From: an uncultured Acidobacteriota bacterium
GTDB lineage: Bacteria > Acidobacteriota > Vicinamibacteria > Vicinamibacterales > UBA2999
Reading direction: 5' to 3'
Length of the DNA: 64,000 nt
Assembly: GCA_963772955.1 (NCBI GenBank)
Contig: CAVYZF010000003.1
Location: forward strand, 364,799 to 428,798
This document shows, piece by piece, positions 47,028 to 55,799 of this stretch (position 1 is its first letter; the number at the start of each line of letters is the position of its first letter). A model generated the notes under the pieces. That model saw nothing but the letters and a program-made list of their open reading frames with translations. It was not told the DNA's origin and searched no databases. The position numbers and the translations under genes are program-made.

Positions 47028-48362
47028 CTACCTTCCGGATCCCACCAGACCAAAGTTCTTCTTCAGCCCCTGCCAGTGCGTGTAGTAGTCACGCTCGAGC
47101 AGATCCGTTTCCAGCGCGAAGCGGGTCGGACGAATCGGCAGCTGCGTTTCGAACAGAAATACCAGCGTGTCGTCCAGGAACTGTGGCTTCAGTTCCGCCG
47201 TCCGCCCGCGCTCGTACGCGTCCGCGTCCGGACCGTGACCTGACATGCAGTTGTGCAGGCTCGTGCTGCCAGGACCGAAGTCGTCTCCCTTGCCGATGTA
47301 CTTCCCGGCAATCAGCCCGAGAAACTCGCTCGCGACATTTCGGTGGAAAGGCGGTGGACGGAACGTGTGTTCAGCGACGGTCCATCTTGGCGGGAAACAT
47401 CCAAACTCCATGTTCGAGGTGCCTGGCACAGACGTCGGCGACGCGAGCACACAGTAGATCGACGGATCCGGATGATCGAAGGTGACCGTGTTGATGCACT
47501 GAAATTTGTAGAGGTCGTACCTGAACGGCAGGTAGTTGCCACGCCAGGCGACGATGTCGAGTGGAGAGTGATCGATTTCAGCTTCCCACATCCCGCCACC
47601 GAACTTGGCGACGAGGCGGAAGTCACCTTCGCGATCTTCGAAGCCGGCGACCGGAGCCTGAAAGTCGCGCGCGTTGGCGAGGCCGAACGTCCCGATGGGG
47701 CCAAGGTCGGGCAACCGCAGATTCTGCCCGTAGTTCTCGCAGATGAAACCGCGCACCGGCCCATCCGGAAGCTCGACCCGAAACTTGACGCCGCGAGGGA
47801 TCAACACCACCTGCCCAGGCGGCGCATCGAGGATCCCGAACTCCGTATGCAACACGAGCGCGCCCGACTGCGGCACGATCAGAAGTTCTCCATCGGCGTT
47901 ATAGAAAAACCGATCCCGCATGGAAAGATTAGCCGCGTACAGGTGAATTGCCGCACCTGACTGAGCCGCGGGGTCGCCGTTGCCGCCGATCGTGACGATG
48001 CCATCCACGAAATCGGTCGGATCTTTGGGGATCGGCATCGCTTTCCAGCGGAGCTGGTTCGGGGTCGGCGGAACTTCGTTGAACGGACCACTACGGATCA
48101 ATCGCAGGCCGCGCGGCTTGAACGGCTTGTGCATCGCCGACGGCCTGATCCGATAGGTCCAGGTCGAGCGACTCACGCCACGCGGCGCCGTGAACGCAGT
48201 GCCGTTCAACTCCTCGATATACAGGCCCAAGGGCGGCTTCTGAGGCGTGTTCTGATCGCGCGGTAGAGCGCCGGCGATCGCCTCAGACGCGAACTCATTG
48301 CCGAAGCCCGACAGATATTCCCGTTCTCCAGCCGAGGTAAAACCAGGTGCCTTGGATGACAT
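47028..48362 (-). CDS. hmgA: Homogentisate 1,2-dioxygenase
   Basis: 444 aa. [61 protein letters not shown]... is typical of HmgA across its full length. Confidence 0.93.
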   Translation of the reverse strand: MSSKAPGFTSAGEREYLSGFGNEFASEAIAGALPRDQNTPQKPPLGLYIEELNGTAFTAPRGVSRSTWTYRIRPSAMHKPFKPRGLRLIRSGPFNEVPPTPNQLRWKAMPIPKDPTDFVDGIVTIGGNGDPAAQSGAAIHLYAANLSMRDRFFYNADGELLIVPQSGALVLHTEFGILDAPPGQVVLIPRGVKFRVELPDGPVRGFICENYGQNLRLPDLGPIGTFGLANARDFQAPVAGFEDREGDFRLVAKFGGGMWEAEIDHSPLDIVAWRGNYLPFRYDLYKFQCINTVTFDHPDPSIYCVLASPTSVPGTSNMEFGCFPPRWTVAEHTFRPPPFHRNVASEFLGLIAGKYIGKGDDFGPGSTSLHNCMSGHGPDADAYERGRTAELKPQFLDDTLVFLFETQLPIRPTRFALETDLLERDYYTHWQGLKKNFGLVGSGR

Positions 48363-48550
48363 TGGAACGGTAGGCTATCGCCGCTTCTGTGCAACGTCAA
48401 CACGGAGCGGCGCGCCGCTTGCTAGGTTCAACGGTGGCGATGCCATTCTCTCGAAAAACGCCGTGAAATAACGCGTGGATCGAGGCACAAAGGTAAGAAA
48501 AAAGTTCGTCGCCGCGGAGACTGTTCAGTAGGTTTTGGAGACCAGAAGCG

Positions 48551-48841
48551 ATGGTCCCGGTTGACCGCCCGGTTATACGGCTGTTCACGCAGAACCTCAT
48601 CTCGGTTCGGTGGGAAACGCGGATTGCCGAGGGACGCGGGCTGGATTTGAAAGTTTTCGGACCTGGCGCCCTGCGACGATCGTATGCGTTTCAGGATGCA
48701 CTTTCGCTCGTGGAGTATCAGGTTCAATTCGAGCAGCAGTTGCTCTCGAATGGGTACGGCGTGCTGCCACAGAGTGAGCGGCGCACGGGATATGACCGAC
48801 GCCGGCAAACGCGCTTCACAGAAGACAGGCGCAAACAGTGA
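48551..48841 (+). CDS. Small hypothetical protein with Arg-rich tail
   Basis: 96 aa with an ATG start and GGAG upstream. It ends ...SERRTGYDRRRQTRFTEDRRKQ*. GC is lower than in neighbouring genes. Its stop overlaps the GTG of the next ORF (GTGA). Confidence 0.4.
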   Translation: MVPVDRPVIRLFTQNLISVRWETRIAEGRGLDLKVFGPGALRRSYAFQDALSLVEYQVQFEQQLLSNGYGVLPQSERRTGYDRRRQTRFTEDRRKQ

Positions 48842-49125
48842 CGACCGAAGGATCCGGGATGCTCCACATCGTCGCCAAGAACGATTCGCCCACACAGCGC
48901 ATTTCGCTCGCGAGGCGTCACATCGAGACCGCCATCGCGCACATCAATGACGTCGCACAGACGCGGGTGCTCGAAGCGCGCAGCACATCCGGCGTCGATG
49001 AACTTCGCCTGATCGTTCGCGCGCTCGCCGACATCCGCGAGGCGCTCCGCAGTTGCGAGTGGTCAGCGGCAGCCGAGCCAGCAGAAGCCGACCACGCAGA
49101 AACGGTTGCCGTCCGCGTCGAGTAA
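48838..49125 (+). CDS. Small helical hypothetical protein
   Basis: 95 aa, translationally coupled to the upstream sORF. No recognisable motif. Confidence 0.35.
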   Translation: MTTEGSGMLHIVAKNDSPTQRISLARRHIETAIAHINDVAQTRVLEARSTSGVDELRLIVRALADIREALRSCEWSAAAEPAEADHAETVAVRVE

Positions 49126-49176
49126 AAACCCTCCCCCTTCGCACCGCACGCCTGTCTTCGATCTACACTTTGCCCC

Positions 49177-51144
49177 ATGCGCAAAGTGGCTCTGTCATTC
49201 CCATTCATCCTGACCGCCCTGGCCGTCTGGACCGTGACCGGCGGCGCCGCTGACGCCGATCGCGATTGGCCTGCGTACGCCGGCGACAAGGGCAGCACGA
49301 AGTACTCGCCCCTCGATCAGATCAACAAGGACACGATCAAGAACCTGAGGGTCGCGTGGACACGCTCCGGCCTGCCGGAGGAACTGCGTTCGACATTCCC
49401 CGATGCGCAGGCAGCGGCGAACTACCAGCACACACCGCTCGTCGTGGGCGGCGTGATGTACATGAGTTCCGCCGTCGGCGCAATCGTCGCTCTCGATCCA
49501 ACAACTGGGAAGACGCTGTGGTACGACACTCTTCCCCTTCGTCCGGATGGACAAGGCCCCGCGCGCGGCGGCGCCACACGGAGCCTCGCCTACTGGACCG
49601 ATGGACGCGATGCGCGCATCGTGACCAACGTCGGCGCGAATCTGGTTGCCATCAACGCGAAGACTGGAAAGCGGTACCCCGACTTCGGCGAGAACGGGCA
49701 GGTCGATCTCACGAAAGGCTTCGAGCGTCCGATCACCGGGTGGCGCTGGAGCAGCGGGCCGATCGTCGTCAAGGACGTCGTAGTCGTCGCCGGCGTCCCC
49801 TCGCCGGCAACGGACATCCTCAACGAACGCGCACGCGCGCCGAAGGAGATGCCGCCAGACGACGTCCGTGGCTACGACGTGCGGACGGGCAAGCTGTTGT
49901 GGACCTTTCACGTCGTGCCACGTAAAGGCGAACCGGGAAACGACACGTGGCTCAACGATTCGTGGACGTATTCAGGGAACAGCGGGGCGTGGTCGCTGCT
50001 GAGCGCCGACGAAGACCTCGGCTACGTGTATCTGCCGCTCGAAGAAGCGACTGGTGACTACTACGGTGGCACGCGGCCTGGCAACAACCTCTATGCCGAG
50101 TCGATCGTCTGCCTCGACGCGCGCACCGGCAAACGCGTGTGGCATTTCCAGACCATTCATCACGGCCTGTGGGACTACGACCTTCCCGCTGCACCCGTCC
50201 TCGGCGACATCACGGTCAACGGACGACGGATCAAAGCCGTCGCGCAGGTGTCGAAGCAGGCATTCGTGTATGTCTTCGATCGCGTGACCGGTCAGCCGGT
50301 GTGGCCGATCGAAGAGAAGCCGGTGCCGAAAGGAGATGTGCCCGGTGAGTGGTACTCAGCGACGCAGCCGATTCCGTCGAAGCCACCCGCGTTCGATCAG
50401 CAGGGAGTCTCTGACAACGATCTGATCGACTTCACGCCGGAGTTGAAGGCTGAAGCGAAGAAGATCGTCAGCGAGTACAAGACCGGCCCGATCTACACAC
50501 CGCCCGTCCTCCTTGGCAGCGCCGATGGTCCCAAGGGACTCCTGCTCGTGCCGGGAACGAATGGCGGTGCTGACTGGGGTGGCGCCGCGTTCGATCCTGA
50601 GTCGGGCATGTTGTACGTGCCGTCTGCCCACATGCCGACGGTCATCGCACTGGGCAAGTCGCAGCATCCGGAGTCGACACTGCCGTACGTGAAGCAGACG
50701 GCGTCGTGGCCATTCGGGCCGCAGGGCCTGCCCGATCCGTTCAAGCCGCCGTACTCGCGTCTCGTCGCGATCGACTTGAACAAGGGCGACATCGCGTGGT
50801 CGGTCGCGAATGGCGATGGACTGCGCAATCATCCGGCGTTCAAGGGGCTGAATCTTCCGCCGCTCGGCACGCCCGGCCGTCTCGCCGCGCTCGTCACCAA
50901 GAGCTTCGTGTTCATGGGTGAAGGGAGCGACAGTGGTGTGGGACTGCCACCTGGTGGTCCGTGGGGCGGCAAGAAATTCCGCGCGTTCGACAAGAAGACG
51001 GGCGCGATCGTCTGGGAGATGGAATTGCCCGCTGGCGTCAGCAATGCGCCGATGACCTACATGGCCAAAGGCAAGCAGTACATCGTCGTCGGGATCTCAG
51101 GACGGCAGTATCCAGGCGAGCTCGTCGCGCTGGCATTGCCATGA
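49177..51144 (+). CDS. PQQ-dependent dehydrogenase (quinoprotein beta-propeller)
   Basis: Signal MRKVALSFPFILTALAVWTVTGGAADA. DWPAYAGDKGSTKYSPLDQINKDTIKNLRVAW and the repeated W-motifs are typical of quinoprotein glucose/alcohol dehydrogenases. A TACACT hexamer lies 7 nt upstream of the ATG. Confidence 0.85.
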   Translation: MRKVALSFPFILTALAVWTVTGGAADADRDWPAYAGDKGSTKYSPLDQINKDTIKNLRVAWTRSGLPEELRSTFPDAQAAANYQHTPLVVGGVMYMSSAVGAIVALDPTTGKTLWYDTLPLRPDGQGPARGGATRSLAYWTDGRDARIVTNVGANLVAINAKTGKRYPDFGENGQVDLTKGFERPITGWRWSSGPIVVKDVVVVAGVPSPATDILNERARAPKEMPPDDVRGYDVRTGKLLWTFHVVPRKGEPGNDTWLNDSWTYSGNSGAWSLLSADEDLGYVYLPLEEATGDYYGGTRPGNNLYAESIVCLDARTGKRVWHFQTIHHGLWDYDLPAAPVLGDITVNGRRIKAVAQVSKQAFVYVFDRVTGQPVWPIEEKPVPKGDVPGEWYSATQPIPSKPPAFDQQGVSDNDLIDFTPELKAEAKKIVSEYKTGPIYTPPVLLGSADGPKGLLLVPGTNGGADWGGAAFDPESGMLYVPSAHMPTVIALGKSQHPESTLPYVKQTASWPFGPQGLPDPFKPPYSRLVAIDLNKGDIAWSVANGDGLRNHPAFKGLNLPPLGTPGRLAALVTKSFVFMGEGSDSGVGLPPGGPWGGKKFRAFDKKTGAIVWEMELPAGVSNAPMTYMAKGKQYIVVGISGRQYPGELVALALP

Positions 51145-51238
51145 CGCTCGGACACGCGCACCTTCTTCGCGCGATCGCATCGGGACTCGCGAGTCTACGG
51201 CAAGCGCTTCGAGGACGCGCGTCGACGGGGATCGGTGG

Positions 51239-51798
51239 CGGCGGGTCTTCAGACCCGCCGTCGATCCAATCACGCGATCGTTACACACTCGTCCGGCGTC
51301 CGCTCCGCACGGCGGGAAATTGCTCTCCGCTCAATCCCTCTCGCTCCCGCCGCGAGTAGTACCCGTTTCACACGCCTGCCATCGCGGCATGCACCGCCGG
51401 ATTCGATTCCATCAGATGGATCGCGCGGCACGAACTCGCGGCGTTGAATCGCTGCGATCAATTTCCGGCTACGCGGTGTAACGCTGTGCTCCGAACGGAC
51501 GCCGGACCGAGCATGTAACGATCGCGCGCGCTCACGTCGAAGGTCCGTGGGTCGGCCCACTGAATATCTCGCCAGTTAAACTTCAGTTCACGATCAGCGC
51601 GATCCGTGGCGGTGGTATTAGCACTGCCGGTGCATGCCGCGATAGCAGACGTCGGCATCGGAAACTACTCGCGGTGAGCGCGTCAGGGTAAGAGCGAAGA
51701 GCGATTTCCCGCCGCGCGGAGCGACCGCCCGGAGAGGGCGAGCCGCGAGCCGTAGAAGGCGACATGTGCGTGTACGAAGGCGGGTCAGAAGACCCGCC
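51239..51798. repeat. 560-bp foldback: ~160-170-bp imperfect inverted repeats flanking a 231-bp core
   Basis: The left arm 51239-51396 and right arm 51628-51798 are reverse complements at roughly 70% identity in the inner ~100 nt. Examples: ccgctccgcacggcgggaaattgctc vs tcgctccgcgcggcgggaaatcgctc; ccgcgagtagt; atcgcggcatgcaccg. Each outer end is a hairpin GGCGGGTC-n4-GACCCGCC. Confidence 0.8.
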
Positions 51799-51831
51799 TC
51801 TACAAACTACCTATGTTCGACTCGCCGTGCC

Positions 51832-52812
51832 CTACGGCGTTGGCGGCGGGGCGTCGCCTTCACGACACGCGGCGTTGTTCGTGTTCGGCACGGTCAGCCC
51901 CGTGCCGCCGCAACAGTACACCGTGCATTTTACTGGCGGCTTGTAGGTTGACCTCAACTTCTTCCCGTACTCTGGATACGTCGTTGCCGCGCCACCACGC
52001 ACCGCTTCGAGCGGCAGATTGAATGTCTCTGCGAACTCGTTGAGATACGGGTTCTCTCCCGGCAGGTAGTGCGGCACGACGCCAGGCGCGCGCGGGATTT
52101 CGACCTGCGGTTCACACGGCTCTGGCAACACGCGCGTCTGAGGATCGAGCTCGAACGTCGCATTCCTGATGAACGGCTCTTCGTAGTAGATCGGGTCGTT
52201 CAGGATCATCGTGATCGTGAGCATGTCGCCGTGACGCGCGTAGAACTCCGTGATAGTCGCCTGATCGCTGTGCGGCACGCCGTTTCGCCACACGAGCCCG
52301 GCCTTCAGGTGCGTCGTCTGCGCGACGATCGTCCCGCCCTGCCAGACACCGGTCGAAAACCCGCCCGGCGTATGAGGCGAATTCTTCGAGGGATGCGGAC
52401 GGCCGTCCATCCAGACTGTGTGAGGCGCGCGGTCGACGGTACCAGTCATGTGGAGCGCAACGATCGCGCCAGAGATCGGATCGACTTCGGGCTCGATGCG
52501 CACGTTCTGCGGACCCATGACGATGTACTGGGAGGTGTAGAGGATGCATTGCCGCTCGGGCATGTTCTGCATCGACACCTGATAGAGGTCGGCGTACGCC
52601 CGCGCTTCGTCGTTGATCGGCAAACCGCTGTAGTCACCGATGTGCGGTCCCGGCGCGCGCTCGACCCAGTCCTCGTGCAGGCGGTTGGCCCACGAGCCTG
52701 CGAGGTCGGTGACCTGCCCGCGCGTCGCCGCTGCCGCGGCCTCGACTTGCCCCTGCGCAAACGCCGGCACGCTCGCGAGCATCGCCACGGCAGTCAGCAC
52801 ACTGATCTTCAT
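51832..52812 (-). CDS. Secreted hypothetical protein (paralog family)
   Basis: Start MKISVLTAVAMLASVPAFAQ (ATG 52812), not the track start 53319. LAGSWANRLHEDWVERAPGPHIGDYSGLPINDEA... parallels the 52830..53633 product. Confidence 0.7.
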   Translation of the reverse strand: MKISVLTAVAMLASVPAFAQGQVEAAAAATRGQVTDLAGSWANRLHEDWVERAPGPHIGDYSGLPINDEARAYADLYQVSMQNMPERQCILYTSQYIVMGPQNVRIEPEVDPISGAIVALHMTGTVDRAPHTVWMDGRPHPSKNSPHTPGGFSTGVWQGGTIVAQTTHLKAGLVWRNGVPHSDQATITEFYARHGDMLTITMILNDPIYYEEPFIRNATFELDPQTRVLPEPCEPQVEIPRAPGVVPHYLPGENPYLNEFAETFNLPLEAVRGGAATTYPEYGKKLRSTYKPPVKCTVYCCGGTGLTVPNTNNAACREGDAPPPTP

Positions 52813-52829
52813 TCGAGTTCCTCGCACTT

Positions 52830-53633
52830 CTAGCTCGCCTCGCACGCGGACGGATCCCACTTCGATCCGTTCGCTTCCTTCTTGAAGTTGAGCGACGTGA
52901 TCCACGTCCGGCTCAGATACATCGGATCCTCGACGACCGTCGTGATCACGATCCACTGCTCTCCTGTTGGCTGACGCAGCAGATCCCAATACTCGGTGAG
53001 CGTCGCCTTCTCGCTGAAGGGAACGCCGTTCTTGCGAAGGTAGCCCGCCATCAGCCCTGTGGTCACCGTCTTCAGGTTGCCAGCGCGCTGATCCGGCGGA
53101 GGCAGCGGCTGCCCACGACGCCCCTGACGTGCTTCCCACTGCGCCGTCGTGTTGCCCTGGCGTGTCGGTCCGCCCGCCGGCGGCTTCCAGTCGCCGAAGT
53201 GCAGGAGGCGTGTCTGCGTGCCCGCATCTGTTTCGACCTTCAGCGTCGTGTCGTCCTGCCATGAGATGCGCAACCGAGTGGGCAGACGCATCAGGCCGGG
53301 CGCGCCGTACGCCTTGCACTGATCACCGGCGGCAACGTCCTTCGCCGAGTCCCATGCGTCCGCAACCTTCTTCGCCTCCGCGTTGATCGGAATGCTTGTG
53401 TAGTCACCCTTGGGAGGCGTGACCATTCGCCAGCGCCAGTCCTCCGTGACGACAGAGACCCAGTTGCCCGCGAGATCGATTGGCGCCGCGGCACGGGGTG
53501 TCGGTGGCGGTTCGGGAGGCGTTTGCCCACGCCCACCCTGGCCTTGTCCGCGCGCCGGCGTCTGCGCGACGGCATTCGACGCGACCAGCGCAACGAGCAG
53601 CGCTGTTGCGAATACGAAGTTGCCCGTTCTCAC
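52830..53633 (-). CDS. Secreted hypothetical protein (paralog family)
   Basis: Signal MRTGNFVFATALLVALVASNAVAQ. LAGNWVSVVTEDWRWRMVTPPKGDYTSIPINAEA.... Confidence 0.7.
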   Translation of the reverse strand: MRTGNFVFATALLVALVASNAVAQTPARGQGQGGRGQTPPEPPPTPRAAAPIDLAGNWVSVVTEDWRWRMVTPPKGDYTSIPINAEAKKVADAWDSAKDVAAGDQCKAYGAPGLMRLPTRLRISWQDDTTLKVETDAGTQTRLLHFGDWKPPAGGPTRQGNTTAQWEARQGRRGQPLPPPDQRAGNLKTVTTGLMAGYLRKNGVPFSEKATLTEYWDLLRQPTGEQWIVITTVVEDPMYLSRTWITSLNFKKEANGSKWDPSACEAS

Positions 53634-53639
53634 TGTGAT

Positions 53640-54659
53640 TTACTTTCCGCCGAGGTCTTTGTAGACCGCCTCGATGAACTTGTCCGTGGTCCATGCGCCG
53701 GTGTTGGCGCCGTACCGCCCACGGAAACCCTTGACCGGATCGGCCTTGCGCACCTGTTCGAGCGTCATGCCCTTGCCGATCCACGACTGAATCCGATCGC
53801 GAACGATCGTCACCATGTCGCGATAGTCAACGACATCGGCCTCATGGCTCACGAGACCGTGACCCGGCACGACGATGGTGCCACCTTCCTGCCAGATGAA
53901 CGGAATCGGCGGCACGGTGATCCCGATGATGCGGTTGAGACTGTCGATGACGCCTTGAATGCTCCCGCCCTTCTCGCGATCGATCACCGGGAAGCGCGTC
54001 TGATCGAAGACGTCACCGGTCACCAGCACATCGGAGCGGCGGAAGAACACGATGCTGTCGCCGTCGGTGTGCGCAGCGGGCTGATAGGTCGTGATGATCG
54101 CTTCGCCGTTGATGTAGAGATCCTTCTGCATTTCCTCGAGCGCTGACGCGTAGGTGACGGTCGGCCACGCGCCGATCGGAAACGCGGACTTCTCGCCCTC
54201 TGGCGCGGCCATCCGCGATTGCACGTTCTCTTCAGCCAGGATCGGTGCTCGTCCACCAGCCGCGCCGATCTCGTTGAGACCGCCGGTCGGAATCACCGAC
54301 TGCCCGGCTGCCGACACTTCATCGTTGCCGCCAACGTGATCGGGATCGGCGCTGGTGTTGATCACATACCGGATCGGTTTCGTGGACAGCTTGCGAATCT
54401 CAGCGAGCACCTGCTTCGCCTTGTCCCCAATCCCGGTATCGACAATCACGATGCCGTCACTTCCCAACTGCACGGCGATGTTCGAGCCGTCGCCGGCGAT
54501 GACGTAGAAGTTGGGGCGAAGCTGAATGACCTCGAGGGCGTTCGGGTCGGCCGCCGCCTGCTGGCGCGCGATCAGGTTCACGCCGCCGGCGACGACAGCG
54601 GCAAGCATCGTGACGAGCGCGGCGAGCGGTGCACGGGACATTCGGTACGTTGATCTCAT
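53640..54659 (-). CDS. Secreted MBL-fold hydrolase (degenerate metal motif)
   Basis: Start MRSTYRMSRAPLAALVTMLAAVVAGG (54659; alternative 54641). YVINTSADPDHVGGN occupies the HxHxDH position. Overall similar to the 45000..45935 product. Confidence 0.75.
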   Translation of the reverse strand: MRSTYRMSRAPLAALVTMLAAVVAGGVNLIARQQAAADPNALEVIQLRPNFYVIAGDGSNIAVQLGSDGIVIVDTGIGDKAKQVLAEIRKLSTKPIRYVINTSADPDHVGGNDEVSAAGQSVIPTGGLNEIGAAGGRAPILAEENVQSRMAAPEGEKSAFPIGAWPTVTYASALEEMQKDLYINGEAIITTYQPAAHTDGDSIVFFRRSDVLVTGDVFDQTRFPVIDREKGGSIQGVIDSLNRIIGITVPPIPFIWQEGGTIVVPGHGLVSHEADVVDYRDMVTIVRDRIQSWIGKGMTLEQVRKADPVKGFRGRYGANTGAWTTDKFIEAVYKDLGGK

Positions 54660-54735
54660 CAACACATGGTTCTCACGGCGCAATACTGTGAAGGGTCTGA
54701 CCCTCCTCAATTACGCGGGGGAGTGGACAGGCGTT

Positions 54736-55779
54736 TCACCTGGTCTCTGGCGTGGCTTCCTCGACGATGCGCTCGACGCGGCCGTCGGCGTGTTTGGCGA
54801 ATCGCACGGGATCGCGGCCGTGGACTGGCGCCTTGTCGGGCCAGGGCCATCCGCCAAACAACGTGCGTTGATAGTCACTGAACGCACGCTCCAGTTCTTC
54901 ACGCGTGTTCATGACGAAGGGGCCGTACTGGGCGACAGGTTCACCGATCGGCCGGCCCTGAAGGAGCAGGACATCAGCGGGGCCGTCGACGGCCTCGATC
55001 TCGATCGGCTCATCCGCCGTCACCTGCACGGCCGACGGGCCCGTCACGAGTCGTCCTGCGACGCGCAACGAGGTTCCCGCGAAGAAGTTGAGCGTGCGCA
55101 ACGTGTGCCGGCCGGTCGCAGACGGCACCGTCCACGTCGCGCCCTTCTCGAGAGAGATCGACCAGATCGCGAGATCGGACTCCGGCGTCGACGCCCACGA
55201 GTGAGGAGGCGGTGCGAGCGGCATCGTTCCGTCGAGTGACCCGGCGATCACCATGACTTCGGTACGCCGGCTCGCCGCGTCGGTGAATACACGGCGCGGG
55301 ATCTCGCGATCCCACAGCATCGTGAAGTACGGCTCGACCAGTTTGTCCTTCGACGGAAGATTCAACCAGATCTGAAACAACTCCAGCGTGTTCGGCCCCT
55401 CGCGATTGAGCAGCGGAAACATTTCCGAGTGGACGACCCCGGATCCGGCGGTCAGCCACTGCACGTCGCCGGCGCCGAATCGGACCGCGGCACCAAGCGA
55501 GTCGGAGTGATCGATGTAGCCGCGGCGAATGATCGTGACCGTCTCGAAACCGCGATGCGGATGCTGCGGGAAGCCGGGCACGATGTCGCCGTGATACATG
55601 CGCCAGCCGTCGACACCCTCGAAGTCCTGACCGATGTCGTGCCCGGTCAGCGGCACAGCCGGTCCGTACTGCTCGTTTCCCTGCGGGTAGTGGTCGATGT
55701 GGTGCACGCAGAAGAGGAAGGGGTCAACAGTCTGCCAACGATTGCCGAGGGGGCGGATATCCAGAACGGGATCGGCCAT
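54736..55779 (-). CDS. Pirin-family protein
   Basis: GFPQHPHRGFETVTIIRRGYIDHSDSLG...VQWLTAGSGVVHSE is the cupin metal motif of pirins. Bicupin length. Confidence 0.9.
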   Translation of the reverse strand: MADPVLDIRPLGNRWQTVDPFLFCVHHIDHYPQGNEQYGPAVPLTGHDIGQDFEGVDGWRMYHGDIVPGFPQHPHRGFETVTIIRRGYIDHSDSLGAAVRFGAGDVQWLTAGSGVVHSEMFPLLNREGPNTLELFQIWLNLPSKDKLVEPYFTMLWDREIPRRVFTDAASRRTEVMVIAGSLDGTMPLAPPPHSWASTPESDLAIWSISLEKGATWTVPSATGRHTLRTLNFFAGTSLRVAGRLVTGPSAVQVTADEPIEIEAVDGPADVLLLQGRPIGEPVAQYGPFVMNTREELERAFSDYQRTLFGGWPWPDKAPVHGRDPVRFAKHADGRVERIVEEATPETR

Positions 55780-55799
55780 TCAAGTCGATCAAAGGTACT

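Noticed and set aside
51270-51658. ORFs inside the foldback element (51270-51560 and 51458-51658, minus strand) as real genes
   Set aside because: They are Arg-rich, overlap each other and the repeat arms, and have no motifs. The identical peptide SARREIALRS in ORFs on both strands simply reflects the inverted repeat.
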